A program made the translations under genes and the position numbers. From Thermoplasmata archaeon (GTDB lineage Archaea > Thermoplasmatota > Thermoplasmata > Lutacidiplasmatales > UBA184): a stretch of 37,975 bases of DNA. The first letter of the stretch is position 1; each line of letters starts with the position of its first letter. Positions 35,080 through 37,975 of the stretch are shown piece by piece. Below the pieces are notes generated by a model. The model was not told where the DNA came from and searched no databases. It saw nothing but the letters and a program-made list of their open reading frames with translations. The stretch spans positions 1-37,975 of the forward strand of contig JASHRQ010000030.1 in NCBI GenBank assembly GCA_030037265.1. Direction: 5' to 3'.

Positions 35080-36075
35080 TCAGGGCGCCGGCGGCGGTCC
35101 CGCCGGGAGGGGCGGCGAAGGGCCTCCCGCGGGAGGGAGCCCGGGGGACGGCGCGGGCCGGGGGAAGACGATCGCCGGGTTGCCCTCGTAGCCCGGCCCG
35201 TGCGCCGGCCCGTAGGCGGGGGACCCCGGCGGCGGGGCGGGCGGGGGAGGCGCCGGCGAGGGAGCGCGGTCGCGGAGGTAGAGCGCGAGCGCGATCGCCG
35301 CCCCGGCGAGGATCACGAGGTAGTAGAGGGCGAGGCCCGCGGGCTCGGAGACGAGCGTGAGGAACGCCGCCGCGTCGTGCACCCCGTGGAGCAGCCCGAC
35401 GACGAGGACGTTGCCGTTCGAGTACCGGACCGCGACGGCGAACGCGAGGCCGGCGAAGAACAGCTCCGTGGACGCGAACGTCGAGACCGGCCCGTACGTG
35501 TTGCCGTAGTACAGGTGGAGCCCCGCGAACAGCCCGCTCGTCCAGACCGCGTGGACGAACCATCGATCCGGCGACCGGACGAGCCAGTAGCCGAACAGCC
35601 AGCCGCGGAAGATCGTCTCCTCGACGAGCCCGATGACGAACGAGAAGCCGACCCAGAACCACGGATTCGACCGCGCGGCCTCGATCACCGGCGTCTCCCG
35701 GTCGAGCAGCCTCAGCGCCGACGGGTCGACGGCGAGGTAGACGATCTCGAGCAGGAAGACGACGAGGAGGCCCAGGACCGACAGCGCGCCGTACCACCGG
35801 AGCCCCTCCACCGTCGCGGTCCGCATTCCGGCGACGTAACCGCGCAGCGGGCCCCAGCCCACGAGCAGCGCGAACGCCAGCACCGGGAGGCCGTAGACGA
35901 TGAGGAGGCTCCCCGCGAGCGAGGCGTAGGCGGGGCGGGTCGCCGGGAGGAGCTCCGGCAGGAAGTACTGGCTCAGGATCGCGACGACGGTGGCGCCCAC
36001 CGCGACCGCGTAGGCGGGGAGCGACGCGACGGGCCGACCGGCCGCGGGGGACGCCGGATCGGAGGGACGCGACAT
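35080..36075 (-). CDS. CPBP/Abi (CAAX type II) intramembrane protease
   Basis: VEETIFRG, FAGLH, HGVHD motifs in TM context; Pro-rich C-terminal tail; ATG 36075. Confidence 0.88.
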   Translation of the reverse strand: MSRPSDPASPAAGRPVASLPAYAVAVGATVVAILSQYFLPELLPATRPAYASLAGSLLIVYGLPVLAFALLVGWGPLRGYVAGMRTATVEGLRWYGALSVLGLLVVFLLEIVYLAVDPSALRLLDRETPVIEAARSNPWFWVGFSFVIGLVEETIFRGWLFGYWLVRSPDRWFVHAVWTSGLFAGLHLYYGNTYGPVSTFASTELFFAGLAFAVAVRYSNGNVLVVGLLHGVHDAAAFLTLVSEPAGLALYYLVILAGAAIALALYLRDRAPSPAPPPPAPPPGSPAYGPAHGPGYEGNPAIVFPRPAPSPGLPPAGGPSPPLPAGPPPAP

Positions 36076-36159
36076 GCGGGTCTCCCAGCGGCGCGACGAC
36101 CCGCCGGCAACCGTAATAGTTCCTCCGCGGGCTCGACGCCTCCCGCGGGGCGGTGAGCC

Positions 36160-37975
36160 GTGGATTTCGCCGTCGTCGTGAAGGTCGTCCCGGCCTCGGA
36201 GCAGCTCCGGTACGACCCCACGCGCCACGCGGTCGTGCGCGAGGGGGTGCCGCTCCTCCTGAACCCGTACGACGGCCGGGCGGTCCGCGTCGCGGTCGGC
36301 CACCGACGCCCGGGCGAGCGCGTCACGGTGCTGTCGATGGGTCCGCCGGCGGCGGAGGCGGTGCTCCGGGAGACGCTCGCGTTCGGCGCGGACGAGGTCG
36401 CGCTCGTGACCGACCGGGCGCTCGCGGGCTCCGATACGCTCGCGACCTCCCGGCTCCTGGCCCGGGCGCTCGACCGGTACGGGCACGAGCTCGTCCTCGC
36501 CGGCCAGCGCACGGTTGACTCGGACACGGGCCAGGTCGCGCCCGAGCTCGCGGCGCTCCTCGGGGTCCCGGTGGTGACCGGGGCGCGGAGCCTCACCCGC
36601 GCGGCCGACGGCAGCGGCTGGGAGGCCGTCGCCGAGACGGAGCACGGCTGGGTGCGGGTCCGGTTCGACGCGCCGGCCGTCGTCTCCGTGAGCGAGCGGA
36701 TCCTCCGGAAGGCCCCCCCTCCTTCCCCCGCCGACCGCGCGCGGGCGGCCTCGGGGAAGGTCCGCCCGCTGTCGCTCGCCGAGGTCGGGCTCTCCGCCGA
36801 TGCCGTCGGGACGTCTGGCTCGCCGACGGTGGTGACGTCGGTACGGAACGAGGAGCCAACCCGGCGGCGCCAGCGGTTCGCCGAGGGGGAGCTCGAGGTC
36901 CGGGTCGACCGGGCCGCCCGCGTGGTCGAGGAGGTCCTGGCGAGCGGCCCCGCCCCGGTGGCGGCGCTGCCCCCGCCTCCCTCCGAGCTCCGGGCGGACC
37001 GGGAAGCTCTCGTGCAGGTGACCGGACCCGAGGGGCGGCTCGAGGAGTCGAGTCTCGCGGTCGTCTCCGCGCTCCGACGGCTGGGCGATGGGGTCTGGCC
37101 GTCGGCGGTGTGGGTGGGCCCCGAGCCGGACCCGGCCGAGCAGCGTCGGGTCGCGGCCGCGGGGGCGCTCCGCGGGTACCGGGTCGGAGCCGACGGCCCG
37201 GTCCCGGGCTCGCGGGCGGTCGCGGAGCGACTCGGGACGGTCCTCGACCGACGGCCGGAGGCCGCGGCGATGGTCTCGATGGCGTCCCCGTTCGGACGCG
37301 AGGTCGCCGGCCAGCTCGCGGCGCGACGGGGGCTGGGTCTGACCGGCGACGCGGTGGGGGTCTCCCGGGACCCGTCGGGCGAGCTCCAGTGGAGCAAGCC
37401 GGCGTTCGGCGGGGGGCTCGTCGCCGAGATCCGCTCCCGGACCCGGCCCAGCCTCGCCACCGTGCGTCCGGGCGCGCTCGACCCCGGGACCACGACGCCG
37501 TCGCCGGGCTGGACGCTCGAGCGGCTGGAGGCACTCGGGCCGGCTCGGCGGGACGTCACGCGCGTCGAGGAGGGCGTGGAGCGCGACGCGCGCTGGGGCG
37601 ACCTCGCGACCGCGCGGGTCGTGCTGATCGCGGGCACGGGGGTCGGCGGCCCGCACCGGCTCGCGGAGCTCCTCCCGACGGTCGAGCGGTGGGGCGCGGC
37701 GCTCGGAGGGACCCGACGGGTGGTCGACCAGGGGTGGCTCCCGGGGAGCCAGCAGGTCGGCCTCACCGGACGGAGCCTCGCGGCGGACCTCGCGGTGCTC
37801 GTCGGCGTCGGCGGGTCGCCGAACCACCTCGTCGGCCTCCGCCGCACCCGGGCGATCCTCGCGGTGAACGCCGACGCGGGCGCGCCGGTCTTCCTCGGGG
37901 CGGACGCCGGGGTCGTCGTCGACTGGGCGGCCGTGCTCCCCGGCCTCACCGAGCGGCTGGCGCCGCTCGCCGCCC
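36160..37975 (+). CDS. Fused electron-transfer flavoprotein beta+alpha (FixAB-like), truncated by the window end
   Basis: One frame from GTG 36160: VKVVP, LNPYD, SMGPP, AGSDTLATS, DSDTGQV (beta), then GLTGD, KPAFGG, ATVRPG, GTRRVVD.GW, QVGLTG, NHLVG, AVN.D..AP.F (alpha); absent from the ORF track because no stop is reached. Confidence 0.9.
   Translation, partial: MDFAVVVKVVPASEQLRYDPTRHAVVREGVPLLLNPYDGRAVRVAVGHRRPGERVTVLSMGPPAAEAVLRETLAFGADEVALVTDRALAGSDTLATSRLLARALDRYGHELVLAGQRTVDSDTGQVAPELAALLGVPVVTGARSLTRAADGSGWEAVAETEHGWVRVRFDAPAVVSVSERILRKAPPPSPADRARAASGKVRPLSLAEVGLSADAVGTSGSPTVVTSVRNEEPTRRRQRFAEGELEVRVDRAARVVEEVLASGPAPVAALPPPPSELRADREALVQVTGPEGRLEESSLAVVSALRRLGDGVWPSAVWVGPEPDPAEQRRVAAAGALRGYRVGADGPVPGSRAVAERLGTVLDRRPEAAAMVSMASPFGREVAGQLAARRGLGLTGDAVGVSRDPSGELQWSKPAFGGGLVAEIRSRTRPSLATVRPGALDPGTTTPSPGWTLERLEALGPARRDVTRVEEGVERDARWGDLATARVVLIAGTGVGGPHRLAELLPTVERWGAALGGTRRVVDQGWLPGSQQVGLTGRSLAADLAVLVGVGGSPNHLVGLRRTRAILAVNADAGAPVFLGADAGVVVDWAAVLPGLTERLAPLAA

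Noticed and set aside
1-37975. CRISPR arrays, rRNA, SRP or RNase P RNA, inteins
   Set aside because: No regularly spaced repeats or diagnostic motifs were seen, and protein lengths are normal for their families.

Overview
Very GC-rich archaeal chromosome segment. Rpo6, stand-alone L40e, archease, TrmI, a single translin, DUF357, TATA-box promoters and 'F-x-E-x-GLP..W' surface-protein repeats suggest a high-GC Thermoplasmata lineage (inference). It holds about 40 genes and one tRNA-Gly(GCC). Main blocks: (1) a tightly packed transketolase-transaldolase-DUF357-translin-MTAP operon; (2) a hydrolase/transferase-rich block (Tam, PhzF, S66 LD-carboxypeptidase, APH-type kinase, proline iminopeptidase, dienelactone hydrolase) that also hides a C2H2 zinc-finger microprotein and a polyproline scramblase-like protein; (3) a six-gene coupled operon joining a GNAT/N-succinylamino-acid racemase pair to a DUF4129/DUF58 membrane module, followed by a MoxR ATPase; (4) SerA plus a class-V aminotransferase; (5) a ~3.4 kb low-GC island between rpl40e and AMMECR1, with a Cys-rich glutamic-peptidase-like secreted protein and about four transposase remnants; (6) IleRS, a bactofilin-like protein, a CoA-binding protein, a CPBP protease and a fused ETF beta/alpha gene running off the right end. 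There is no CRISPR array, rRNA or intact mobile element. The best candidates for undescribed systems are the translin/MTAP/pentose-phosphate operon and the D-amino-acid-salvage plus MoxR membrane operon. Both are context-based inferences, and all family calls come from motif recognition, not database searches.
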